A stretch of 24,000 bases of DNA from Dolichospermum sp. ST_sed8 (lineage in GTDB: Bacteria > Cyanobacteriota > Cyanobacteriia > Cyanobacteriales > Nostocaceae). Below, piece by piece: positions 8,424 through 15,865 of the stretch. Positions within the stretch are counted from its first letter, which is position 1, and every line of letters begins with the position of its first letter. A model generated the notes under the pieces. That model was not told where the DNA came from. It saw nothing but the letters and a program-made list of their open reading frames with translations, and searched no databases. Made by a program: the position numbers and the translations under genes. Where the stretch lies: NCBI GenBank assembly GCA_028658405.1, contig JAKOGY010000010.1, forward strand, positions 1,607 through 25,606, in the 5' to 3' direction.

Positions 8424-8432
8424 GTTATAACA
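8424..8432 (-). promoter_or_regulatory. possible extended -10 promoter element upstream of the dynamin-like gene
   Basis: Minus strand reads TGTTATAAC (TGn + TATAAC), about 38 nt upstream of the ATG at 8386, in the 121-bp gap after mazF. Motif only; there is no convincing -35. Confidence 0.2.
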
Positions 8433-8507
8433 CAAAACCTCAAAACTATTCCTATGTGGTGCAACGAAAACAGGCAAAACGCAAGACGGAAGCGGGAATT
8501 TCTGTTT

Positions 8508-8876
8508 CTAATCTTTATCTAAAGCTATTTCTTTTGGTTCTGTTATCATAGCTACACCTGCTAAAATTTGTCTAATTCTTTCTTGAGATAGCTTACCTAT
8601 TTTTTCAGTTAATAAGGCTTTATCTACTGTAAAAAGTTGCGATACATTTACTACACTTTGTCTATCAAGATTAGCTTCTCCTAACTCTAGTAAAACATTA
8701 CCCATTGCCTTAGCTCGTCGCAAATTAGAAGTTAATGCACAAACTATGACTGTTCTGATTTGAGAACTGTTGAGCAAATCATTTTGGATTACCACATAAG
8801 GACGGAGATAAGCTGGTTCTGAACCTATTGGTTCTCCCAAATCAATCCAATAAATATCACCTTGCTTAATTACCAT
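8508..8876 (-). CDS. mazF: type II toxin, MazF/PemK family endoribonuclease
   Basis: MVIKQGDIYWIDLGEPIGSEPAYLRPYVVIQND...VIVCALTSN is the typical PemK/MazF N-terminal signature. Its ATG overlaps the stop of the upstream antitoxin gene (8870..8876). Confidence 0.85.
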   Translation of the reverse strand: MVIKQGDIYWIDLGEPIGSEPAYLRPYVVIQNDLLNSSQIRTVIVCALTSNLRRAKAMGNVLLELGEANLDRQSVVNVSQLFTVDKALLTEKIGKLSQERIRQILAGVAMITEPKEIALDKD

Positions 8877-9124
8877 TCTTTTGCTTGTAATTTTCCTTGG
8901 TGGTGTCGCATTGCTTCTAACATGATTTGTTCTGATTCATCTAAATCATCTGCATAAGCTTCATTAATACTTTCTAGCAATTGACGATGTTTTTTATGAC
9001 GCAAAAATTCTGCCATTGCTATAGCAAATAATTTACTCCGAGGAATTTTCATTTCATTCGCTAAAGCGTTGACTTCCTCATAAAGCGATTCTTCAATGGA
9101 GATAGCCGTTTTGATACTGGTCAT
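8870..9124 (-). CDS. ribbon-helix-helix (CopG/MazE-like) antitoxin
   Basis: 84 aa. N-terminal KTAISIEESLYEEVNALANEMKIPRSKLFAIAMAEFL fits a strand-helix-helix RHH pattern. The C-terminus is acidic. It is translationally coupled to the MazF/PemK gene. Confidence 0.75.
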   Translation of the reverse strand: MTSIKTAISIEESLYEEVNALANEMKIPRSKLFAIAMAEFLRHKKHRQLLESINEAYADDLDESEQIMLEAMRHHQGKLQAKEW

Positions 9125-9127
9125 TGA

Positions 9128-9190
9128 GTTATACCATTTTTCTGACTGAGGGTATAACTTAATTTTACTTTGTTTCTATAATTTTTACAA
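9128..9190 (-). promoter_or_regulatory. putative TA promoter with operator-like inverted repeat
   Basis: Minus strand reads TTGTAA (9190..9185), 17 nt, TAAAAT (9167..9162). An 8-bp inverted repeat GTTATACC (9128..9135) / GGTATAAC (9151..9158) follows, between the -10 and the antitoxin ATG. This layout fits autoregulated RHH antitoxin operators. Confidence 0.4.
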
Positions 9191-9217
9191 GCAATACCGA
9201 AAAGCATTAGCGGTAGC

Positions 9218-9439
9218 TTACCAAAGATACGCCCAAGTAATCACTTGAGGATGTAATCTAATGGAAACTGATTGATATTTTTCTGTTCCACTTTTAACTG
9301 GTCTTCCTCGTCGAGTGTAATTGATTCCAAACTGTTCTTGAATAGCTTGTTCAGCAGCTATTACTTCTGATGGACTAATTCTTCTAGCATAAGCAAAAGG
9401 AAATTCATCATTCTTCTTCATCTTAAAAAGTGATACCAT
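9218..9439 (-). pseudogene. BrnA/DUF4415-like antitoxin-type ORF, apparently C-terminally truncated
   Basis: The 73-aa ORF contains RRGRPVKSGTEKYQSVSIRLHPQVITWA. This resembles the RGRP...K..vSIRL.p.vl.W core I recall for BrnA/DUF4415 proteins. It stops (..WAYLW*) where homologues, as I recall, continue about 25 aa further. No BrnT-like partner is present. Confidence 0.3.
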
Positions 9440-9444
9440 AAGGT

Positions 9445-9633
9445 TTAAAATTTAGGTAATAAATCAGCTTGTTTACAAATTGCATTGGCAGTAATGCGGT
9501 CAATTGCACGATGTCTTTTGACGGGAATAGTTTTTATATCATTAGTATAAATAGAATGATTGCCACCTTCCCGCAATAAATAAAATCCATTTTCTTCCAA
9601 ATACTTAATTAAATCTTTTCGTTTTACGGACAT
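9445..9633 (-). CDS. hicA: type II toxin HicA (mRNA interferase)
   Basis: 62 aa. KRKDLIKYLEENGFYLLREGGNHSIY...IPVKRH..I...TANAICKQA is the classic HicA/YcfA pattern. It lies 2 nt downstream of hicB. Confidence 0.85.
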   Translation of the reverse strand: MSVKRKDLIKYLEENGFYLLREGGNHSIYTNDIKTIPVKRHRAIDRITANAICKQADLLPKF

Positions 9634-9635
9634 GA

Positions 9636-9854
9636 TTACACTTCTACAGGAATTTGTTCAAGTAAAGAGTTTCCTGTGGGAATTTCTTTATTTTGCTGAT
9701 GATAGGCAAAAATCATTTCTTTGAGTGCATCTTGTAACATAGCTCGGCATATTTCTAGTGTTTCTCCTTCGGTAATGACTTCTTGCCATTCAATCAGTTG
9801 TCCCATATATCCACTATTTATTTTGGTATATTTGGCGGTGTATGTAGTTAACAT
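9636..9854 (-). CDS. hicB: HicB-family antitoxin (short, N-terminal HicB fold only)
   Basis: 72 aa. YTAKYTKINSGYMGQLIEWQEVITEGETLEICRAMLQDALKEMI matches the HicB-like pattern (Y.a.....e.gy.a.......v.t.GeTleEa......Al...). It is adjacent to hicA. Confidence 0.75.
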   Translation of the reverse strand: MLTTYTAKYTKINSGYMGQLIEWQEVITEGETLEICRAMLQDALKEMIFAYHQQNKEIPTGNSLLEQIPVEV

Positions 9855-9965
9855 AAGACATTAATTAAGGGTATTTTCTAAATTATAACTTTTTTTGAGC
9901 GATAGATCTTTATTCTCCATAACCACAGAAAAGCGATACATCAATCTTAATATTTTATCACAAAC

Positions 9966-9994
9966 GTAGGGGTTTAGCATTGCTAAACCCCTAC
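9966..9994. repeat. 29-bp perfect palindrome GTAGGGGTTTAGCA-T-TGCTAAACCCCTAC
   Basis: 14-nt arms are perfectly complementary. It shares GTAGG/CCTAC termini with the repeats at 2189..2265 and 20694..20714. It lies in the gap between convergently ending blocks, and could double as a terminator hairpin. Confidence 0.6.
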
Positions 9995-10211
9995 AATCAT
10001 TGACGGTAGATAAAGGATTTCTATGTTCGCTTCGCTATTGCATTTACACCCGAATTAGACAGTAGTTATCTGCATCACTTGTTCCTGATTTATTATTGGC
10101 GACAAAATGCTTCTTGATGGCAACATTACCATTCAGATTCCAATTTTGATCCCATACATAGAAACCAGATACTCTATATTTTTACACTATTATCTGGTAT
10201 TTATGATCTTT

Positions 10212-11075
10212 TTACAAAATAATTGGCAACACACTATAGCTACCAAAGATTTTCAAGATTTCTGTGTAATTTTGTAATTCCTCTAAAGCAGATTTCATCA
10301 TCTGTGTATTCACATCTGCTTCTATGTCCAAATAAAATAAATATTCCCCTAAAGAACGTTTTGTGGGACGCGATTCAATGCGACTGAGGTTAATACCCAA
10401 ATGAGCAAATACCTCTAATGCTTTCATTAATGCCCCTGGTATATTAGCTGGTACACTAAAGGCTAGAGATGTATGAGTACAATCAATAGTATTATTTTCC
10501 TCCGTGCTAACTACCCAAAACCGAGTGCAGTTTTCTGGATAATCATTAATTTCCCTAGCGAGAATAGGTAAATTATACAGTTGTGCGGCTCTACTAGATG
10601 ATATAGCTGCTGTTGTTATTTCCTCTTCTAATCCTTGTAGTGCTTCAGTAGTAGAATTACTCGGAATTAAATTGACATTTGGTAAAAACTGTGACAACCA
10701 TCCCTGGCATTGAGCTAGGGCTTGAGGATGTGAATATACAGTTTTAATAGAGTCTAAACTAGTTGCGAAGGAAATTAATGTATGTTGAATTGGTAGAACT
10801 AAAGCTAATTGAATTTTTAAACTCTCTAATTGCCATAAGCTATCTAGTGTCATATTGACACTGCCTTCAATAGAATTTTCCACAGGGACAACAGCTATTT
10901 CTGCTTTTTTGTCTGTTATAGCTTGTAGTGATTGAGCAATTGTCGAATATGGACATAGTTCAAAACTTTTTTGAGAAGTAATGCCCTGGTGGGTGTTTAA
11001 CCAGTTGAGATAAAAAAAAGCCGCTTGTTCGGCATAAGTTCCCGGTGGACCTAAATGAGCAATTTTCAGATTCAT
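10212..11075 (-). CDS. pheA: prephenate dehydratase
   Basis: The N-terminus IAHLGPPGTYAEQAA, then VPVENSIEGSV, and the ACT-domain signature SRIESRPTKRSLGEYLFYLDIE are canonical PDT motifs. 287 aa. Confidence 0.9.
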   Translation of the reverse strand: MNLKIAHLGPPGTYAEQAAFFYLNWLNTHQGITSQKSFELCPYSTIAQSLQAITDKKAEIAVVPVENSIEGSVNMTLDSLWQLESLKIQLALVLPIQHTLISFATSLDSIKTVYSHPQALAQCQGWLSQFLPNVNLIPSNSTTEALQGLEEEITTAAISSSRAAQLYNLPILAREINDYPENCTRFWVVSTEENNTIDCTHTSLAFSVPANIPGALMKALEVFAHLGINLSRIESRPTKRSLGEYLFYLDIEADVNTQMMKSALEELQNYTEILKIFGSYSVLPIIL

Positions 11076-11183
11076 GCGTTTAAATTTGATGAGTTTGATG
11101 AATAATAAAATAAGAGTTTGATTTTTGGCAATTTAAATTGTTAAAAAATATTACAATAAAAAAACAAATGGTTTAATTTGCTC

Positions 11184-11780
11184 ATGGTTACTAAGTTTAT
11201 TGCCTCTCAATCGGTGGAAATTTCCGTTCCTCAGCAATCTATTCCTATTCAACACTACTTACGTCAACCGCAACGTTTGGTAAATGCCTTAGTTGATAAT
11301 ACAAGAATTCAACAACTTTCTGATGAAGTATTTCGGTTGAAAATGCGTCCTCTGTCTTTTATGTCACTGAGTATCCAACCAACTGTAGATATGAGAGTTT
11401 GGGCAGATGCTAATGGTACAATTTATTTGCGATCGCTCGGTTGTGAAATCCTGGGTTTTGAGTATATTAACCAAAGGTTTGCTCTGAATTTAAAAGGCTA
11501 TTTGTCACCAATGGAACTCAATGGTGAAACTCACCTGCAAGGAAAAGCTGATTTAGAAGTTTTGGTAGACATACCGCAACCATTTTCCTTTACACCTAAA
11601 TCAATTTTAGAAACCACAGGTAATGGATTGCTCAAAAGTGTGTTGTTAACGATTAAGCAAAGATTGTTACACCACCTTCTAGAAGATTATCGGCATTGGG
11701 GTATCCAAGAAGCTAGTAACACCAAAATTGATCATAACATTCCTGATAGCGCAAACCATATTACCAAGCTTGAATTTTGA
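11184..11780 (+). CDS. DUF1997-family protein (conserved in cyanobacteria and plastids)
   Basis: YLRQPQRLVNALVD...FRLKMRPLSFMSLSIQPTVDMRVW...LRSLGCEILG...TGNGLLKSVLLTIKQRL matches my memory of DUF1997 proteins. I prefer the ATG at 11184 over the TTG at 11178 used by the track. Confidence 0.7.
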   Translation: MVTKFIASQSVEISVPQQSIPIQHYLRQPQRLVNALVDNTRIQQLSDEVFRLKMRPLSFMSLSIQPTVDMRVWADANGTIYLRSLGCEILGFEYINQRFALNLKGYLSPMELNGETHLQGKADLEVLVDIPQPFSFTPKSILETTGNGLLKSVLLTIKQRLLHHLLEDYRHWGIQEASNTKIDHNIPDSANHITKLEF

Positions 11781-11787
11781 ACCGTCC

Positions 11788-11823
11788 TCATCTGCGTTTA
11801 TCTGCGTTTATCTGCGTTCGATA
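11788..11823 (+). repeat. 3x tandem decamer repeat (TCATCTGCGTT-type), copy A
   Basis: Sequence is tcatctgcgtttatctgcgtttatctgcgttcgata, starting 8 nt after the DUF1997 stop. It is about 86% identical (31 of 36 positions by my hand alignment), in the same orientation, to 13911..13946. Confidence 0.7.
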
Positions 11824-11878
11824 ATTCTTGATATTTTATTCCATCAGGTACATATCACGTTTCCAGGATTCAAGAGCA

Positions 11879-12442
11879 ATGACAACATTAGTTACACAAT
11901 CTTTGACTCTCGAAGAGTTTCTCAAACTACCAGAAACAAAACCTGTCAGCGAATACATCAACGGTGAAATTATTATCAAGCCAATGCCAAAAGGGAAGCA
12001 TAGCCGATTACAGTTAAAACTGTGCAATAGTGTTAATGATGTCACCGAAAGTGAAAAGATTGCTTATGCTTTTCCTGAACTACGCTGTAGTTTTGGTATT
12101 CGCTCAATAGTACCTGACGTAGCGGTTTTCAACTGGCCGCGCATTTCCTTTGCTGCTGACGGAGAAGTTCCTAATGATTTTCTGATTTTTCCAGACTGGA
12201 CAATTGAAATTCTTTCCCCAGACCAAAGTTCAAATCGAGTTATAGATAATATTCTTTATTGCTTAAATCATGGTTGTCAATTAGGTTGGTTGATAGACCC
12301 ACAAGACCGATCTATTTTGGTTTTCCGTTCAAATCAACAGCCAGAAATTTTCAGAGGAAATGAGCTTTTGCCAGTATTAACTGGAATTAATTTAGAATTA
12401 ACAGTTGCTCAAGTATTTGGTTGGCTTAAAATGAGTAATTAG
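11879..12442 (+). CDS. Uma2-family (DUF820) putative endonuclease
   Basis: LTLEEFLKLPETKPVSEYINGEIIIKPMPKGKHSRLQ...VPDVAVF...DWTIEILSPDQS...GCQLGWLIDPQDRSILVF is the typical Uma2 pattern. The start is trimmed to the ATG at 11879 (MTTLVTQ), because the track's upstream extension reads through the decamer repeat region. Confidence 0.85.
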   Translation: MTTLVTQSLTLEEFLKLPETKPVSEYINGEIIIKPMPKGKHSRLQLKLCNSVNDVTESEKIAYAFPELRCSFGIRSIVPDVAVFNWPRISFAADGEVPNDFLIFPDWTIEILSPDQSSNRVIDNILYCLNHGCQLGWLIDPQDRSILVFRSNQQPEIFRGNELLPVLTGINLELTVAQVFGWLKMSN

Positions 12443-12546
12443 AGGATTTACACATTCAAAATCATAAGAATACCCGGTAAGTGGGAAACTCAGTTCCTTT
12501 AGGGACCAGAGGGAAGCGACTCAAGGGATTTTAATCCCCGTCAATC

Positions 12547-13596
12547 CTAAAATGCGTAATCATAGCCATCTTTGCGGTGAATGATTTTGCAGTATTTATA
12601 ACTAATACCCTGAACTAATTTTGATGCGGAAATATTGAAAGAACCTGTTGCTCTAACTGCAACACGACCAATATATTTACCGATTTTTTTCCCAGTAGTA
12701 ACAATTGCTTTCACAATATCACCGGTCTGAAAACCTTTAACAAATTTAATTCTCGGCACATATCGAGATGGAAAACCAAACTTGTCAGTCCGACACATTT
12801 GACGAGTTCCATGCCCTGTTGCTTTGATTAGCAAAGGCTTGTTCGTTAAAATTTCCAATTCTCCAATTTGTCCAACACAAGCAGCATCTAGCCAATGAGT
12901 TTTAGGAAACTTTAATCTAGTTCGGTTGAACTTAGTTTGACCACCTCTGGCTTGAGGATGAATATGCTCAACTTGCAAGGGAACATTCTCAATCCCACAG
13001 TAAGCACATTTTCTCTGCCATTTTTCTAGTAGATACTCACGGACTTCGTACCCGGACAAAGTGCCTTGCTGATATTCAATACCTGATATTTCTGGATTGT
13101 CTATTTGTTGCAGGTCAAATCTGACAAGCTCTTGAGATATCCTTGTGATGGGAGCAAACTTAATGAGTTTGTTAACCCAAGTGAAAGTAGTCTCAACTCG
13201 ATGCTGCAAACTTGGAGCTAACCAATTTTTTGTCCTAGTTCTATTCAAGAATCTGGCTTGACGATAGCGAGTATGGCGGTTTCGTCTCCCCCTGCGGAGT
13301 GAGCGACGGGATTCTAGGGAAGCTTTAATTACATTTCCTCGATGAGAAAGTTCTCCACCAAAAATGATTTTTTCTCCCTGAATCAATGCTATGCCCGTAG
13401 TTTTGGAACCAGGATCTATTTTGAGTTCTATTGCTTGGTTAACAATATCTGAGCATGACTTGTTTAAGATGATAGTAAAGGGATACCTCCTAAATACAGC
13501 AGCTTTTCCAGAATCCAATAATTTCCTTGCTACCGAGGGATGACAAGGGCTTAAAGGTTGTTTGTTTGTGTCGAGAACTAATGCGTAATTTGACAT
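12547..13596 (-). CDS. iscB: IscB-like RNA-guided nuclease (RRXRR/HNH/RuvC), short form with apparent HNH deletion
   Basis: PLMP-type N-terminus is LDTNKQPLSPCHPSVARKLLDSGKAAVFRRYPFTIIL. RuvC-I is ELKIDPGSKTTGIAL. The Arg-rich bridge helix is RRSLRRGRRNRHTRYRQARF. RuvC-II is ISQELVRFD. The first half of the HNH is CAYCGIENVPLQVEHIHPQARGG. This is fused directly to QTKFNRTRLKFPKTHWLDAACVG, a RuvC-III region. Confidence 0.8.
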   Translation of the reverse strand: MSNYALVLDTNKQPLSPCHPSVARKLLDSGKAAVFRRYPFTIILNKSCSDIVNQAIELKIDPGSKTTGIALIQGEKIIFGGELSHRGNVIKASLESRRSLRRGRRNRHTRYRQARFLNRTRTKNWLAPSLQHRVETTFTWVNKLIKFAPITRISQELVRFDLQQIDNPEISGIEYQQGTLSGYEVREYLLEKWQRKCAYCGIENVPLQVEHIHPQARGGQTKFNRTRLKFPKTHWLDAACVGQIGELEILTNKPLLIKATGHGTRQMCRTDKFGFPSRYVPRIKFVKGFQTGDIVKAIVTTGKKIGKYIGRVAVRATGSFNISASKLVQGISYKYCKIIHRKDGYDYAF

Positions 13597-13910
13597 TTCT
13601 GCCTCTGGAGATTTCTCAGGTAATGTTCGCTTTGACCTTGTTATCTAAGCTTATTAGGCTTGCAACACTGTAAAGCGTGACTTTAAAACTGTTTAATTGC
13701 AAACGACAGAGCGGAAAACTAGCGTCGCATTCTCCGGTGTCTTGACTCAAATAACGGCTACCCTTCGACTATACTCAGGGTGGTCTGGTCAGTATAGCTT
13801 GCTTGATTACTCTTACAAGCTCAGTGGCTTGGTTCCCTGAGTTACTGACAGTTAGCTGTAATTTCAGTCATTGTGATTAAATTAAATATACTTAAAATAT
13901 TAACACATCT
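13597..13910 (-). ncRNA. candidate IscB omega-RNA (scaffold; the guide would lie at or beyond the 13910 end)
   Basis: This 314-nt ORF-free stretch lies directly 5' of iscB, where omega-RNAs are encoded. It has several local stems: agcttg/caagct (~13796..13821), accct/agggt (~13761..13784) and nested actga-acag/ctgt-tcagt (~13843..13867). No covariance model could be run. Confidence 0.45.
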
Positions 13911-13946
13911 TCATCTGTGTTCATCCGCGTTTATCCGCGTTCGATA
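13911..13946 (+). repeat. 3x tandem decamer repeat, copy B (overlaps the hsdM stop codon)
   Basis: Sequence is tcatctgtgttcatccgcgtttatccgcgttcgata. It is a direct-orientation counterpart of 11788..11823. The hsdM stop codon (13931..13933) and its last five sense codons (NIERG) lie inside it. Confidence 0.7.
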
Positions 13947-15490
13947 TTATATCCCAACCCCCGTAGATTCTCCCGAATCATCGCTTCTAACTTGGCACTT
14001 TCTGTAAATTGTTTATCTAATTTTGTCGTCAAATGTAACATCTTCTCCTCAAAAGATTCACCATCATCTTCTACTTCCTCAGCCCCCACATATCGTCCAG
14101 GAGTTAATACATAACCATGCCCTTTGATTTCTTCAAAAGTGGCACTTTTACAAAACCCAGGAACATCTACATATTCTTCCTTCCCACTACCGCGCCAATT
14201 ATAATAAGTTTGGGCAATTCTGGTGATTTCTTCCTGTGTTAAATCCCGATGGACTCTATCAATTAAAACCCCCAATTTACGCCCATCAATAAATAAAGTT
14301 TCTCCCCGACGTTTACGAAACTTACCCCCAGATTTAGAACGAGTTAAAAACCATAAACAAGCGGGAATTTGGGTGTTATAAAATAATTGTCCTGGTAGTG
14401 CCACCATACAATCAACTAAATCAGCATCAATTAAAGCCTTTCTAATCTCTCCTTCCGCAGATTGATTAGAACTCATTGAACCATTAGCTAATACAAACCC
14501 CGCATAACCAAGAGGGGCTAAATGACTAATGATATGTTGAATCCAGGCATAGTTAGCATTACTAGCTGAGGGTGTACCATAAAGCCACCGTCCATCTTCT
14601 TGTAATGCTTCCCCACCCCAATCACTCATATTAAAAGGAGGATTTGCTAAGATATAATCTGCTCTTAAATCTTTATGTAAATCACTGCGGAAAGTATCAG
14701 CATTTTGTAAGCCAATATTCCCATCAATGCCCCGGATAGCCAAATTCATTTTGCACAGCTTCCAAGTTGTCGGGTTAGATTCTTGTCCATAAATAGAAAT
14801 ATCCCCAACTCTGCCCCCGTGAGATTCTACAAACTTCTCTGACTGGACAAACATTCCCCCAGAACCACAACAAGGATCATAAACTCGTCCTTTGTAGGGT
14901 TCTAACATTTCTACTAATAATTGCACCACACAACGAGGGGTGTAAAACTGTCCCCCGTTCTTCTTTTCTGCACTGGCAAATTGTCCTAAAAAATATTCAT
15001 AAACCCTGCCTAAAATATCCTTAGAGCGACTTTCTGCGTCTCCTAAACCAATAGTACCAATTAAATCTATTAACTCTCCCAATAACCGTTTATCTAGGGC
15101 TGGTTTACCATATTCTTTGGGTAATACGCCTTTGAGAGAGGGATTTTCTTTTTCTATGGCATCCATCCCCAGATCAATTAATTCTCCAATCTTGATATTT
15201 TTAGCGTTACTCTGGAAATGTAACCACCGTGCAGGTTGGGGAACATAAAATATATTTTCTGCCTTGTATTCGTCCCTATCTTCAGGTTCGGCATATTCGT
15301 CTTCTGCTAATTTATCGTAGAGTTCATTAAAAGCATCAGAAATATATTTGAGGAAAATTAAACCCAGGACGATGTGTTTATATTCAGCAGCGTCTAAATG
15401 ACCCCGCAACTTATCGGCAGCCTGCCATAATTTCTCTTCAAACCCCAGTTTAGTGCTACTACCGTTTGTTTTAGTCTGTTTCGTTGCCAC
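13931..15490 (-). CDS. hsdM: type I restriction-modification N6-adenine DNA methyltransferase subunit HsdM (orphan here)
   Basis: The N-terminal HsdM domain is [37 protein letters not shown]. The SAM motif I is [12 protein letters not shown]. The catalytic motif IV is ILANPPFN (NPPF at 14633..14644). It has a GTG start at 15488..15490. Confidence 0.9.
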   Translation of the reverse strand: MATKQTKTNGSSTKLGFEEKLWQAADKLRGHLDAAEYKHIVLGLIFLKYISDAFNELYDKLAEDEYAEPEDRDEYKAENIFYVPQPARWLHFQSNAKNIKIGELIDLGMDAIEKENPSLKGVLPKEYGKPALDKRLLGELIDLIGTIGLGDAESRSKDILGRVYEYFLGQFASAEKKNGGQFYTPRCVVQLLVEMLEPYKGRVYDPCCGSGGMFVQSEKFVESHGGRVGDISIYGQESNPTTWKLCKMNLAIRGIDGNIGLQNADTFRSDLHKDLRADYILANPPFNMSDWGGEALQEDGRWLYGTPSASNANYAWIQHIISHLAPLGYAGFVLANGSMSSNQSAEGEIRKALIDADLVDCMVALPGQLFYNTQIPACLWFLTRSKSGGKFRKRRGETLFIDGRKLGVLIDRVHRDLTQEEITRIAQTYYNWRGSGKEEYVDVPGFCKSATFEEIKGHGYVLTPGRYVGAEEVEDDGESFEEKMLHLTTKLDKQFTESAKLEAMIRENLRGLGYNIERG

Positions 15491-15751
15491 TTAGTTGCTT
15501 ACCCTTTACTGTCTAATTTATTAAGCTTCTGTTCCATCAGTAGCAATTGGTGAAAGCTGAAAGCGGCCACTTTACTAACGGTTCATTATGAAATATTTTA
15601 CAGTCAGATGTGCAACAGTAGCTTTTTTCGCTCCGTTTCCAGAGCGTCTGCTAGACAAAAGCTACACCAATAATATATTACCGCCAACAAACAGCGATAC
15701 TTAGCTTTTAAGTTGTCCATAAGAGAACTCCACAAAAAAGATTATCCAATT

Positions 15752-15813
15752 TTGTGGGATGGGCATCTTGCCCGTCCTTGTATTATTAGGGGACCAGATG
15801 CCCGCACCACAAG
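15752..15813. repeat. imperfect inverted-repeat element (TTGTGGGATGGGCATCT ... AGATGCCCGCACCACAA)
   Basis: The 17-nt arms are complementary at 14 of 17 positions and separated by about 28 nt. The GGGCAAGATGCCC-type core is a repeat I recall as frequent in Nostocales intergenic regions. Confidence 0.4.
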
Positions 15814-15865
15814 AAATTTTGGGATATTTTTTTAATTGGAAGTCTCTAACTGTATCAAAGTAGTA

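Larger units (their letters stand above)
12473..13910 (-). mobile_element. IS200/IS605-type non-autonomous element carrying iscB (no tnpA); boundaries approximate
   Basis: It contains an IscB-like ORF plus a 314-nt structured upstream non-coding region. Its downstream end carries a motif (12473..12515) shared with the right end of the TnpB element at 15957..15998. No Y1 transposase gene is in the window. Confidence 0.55.

Noticed and set aside
10030-10185. Short minus-strand reading frame (..FYVWDQNWNLNGNVAIKKHFVANNKSGTSDADNYCLIRV*) downstream of pheA
   Set aside because: It is about 40 codons with no start codon, and I could not assign a family. It may be a gene fragment, but this is not supportable from sequence alone.
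11728-12045. ORFs 11728..11967 (+) and 11836..12045 (-), and the similar 13917..14114 (+)
   Set aside because: They are driven by the decamer repeats (peptides ..FICVYLRS.. and ..FIRVYPRS..) or overlap the Uma2 and hsdM genes in other frames. They are not independent genes.
11788-13946. CRISPR array at the decamer repeats
   Set aside because: The repeat unit is only 10 nt, tandem without spacers, and occurs three times per site, so it is not CRISPR-like. I saw no other regularly spaced repeats in the window.
13931-15490. Interpreting hsdM as part of a complete type I R-M system
   Set aside because: No hsdS (TRD repeats) or hsdR (helicase/nuclease motifs) is present anywhere in the 24 kb. 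The downstream position is occupied by a repeat and the IscB element.
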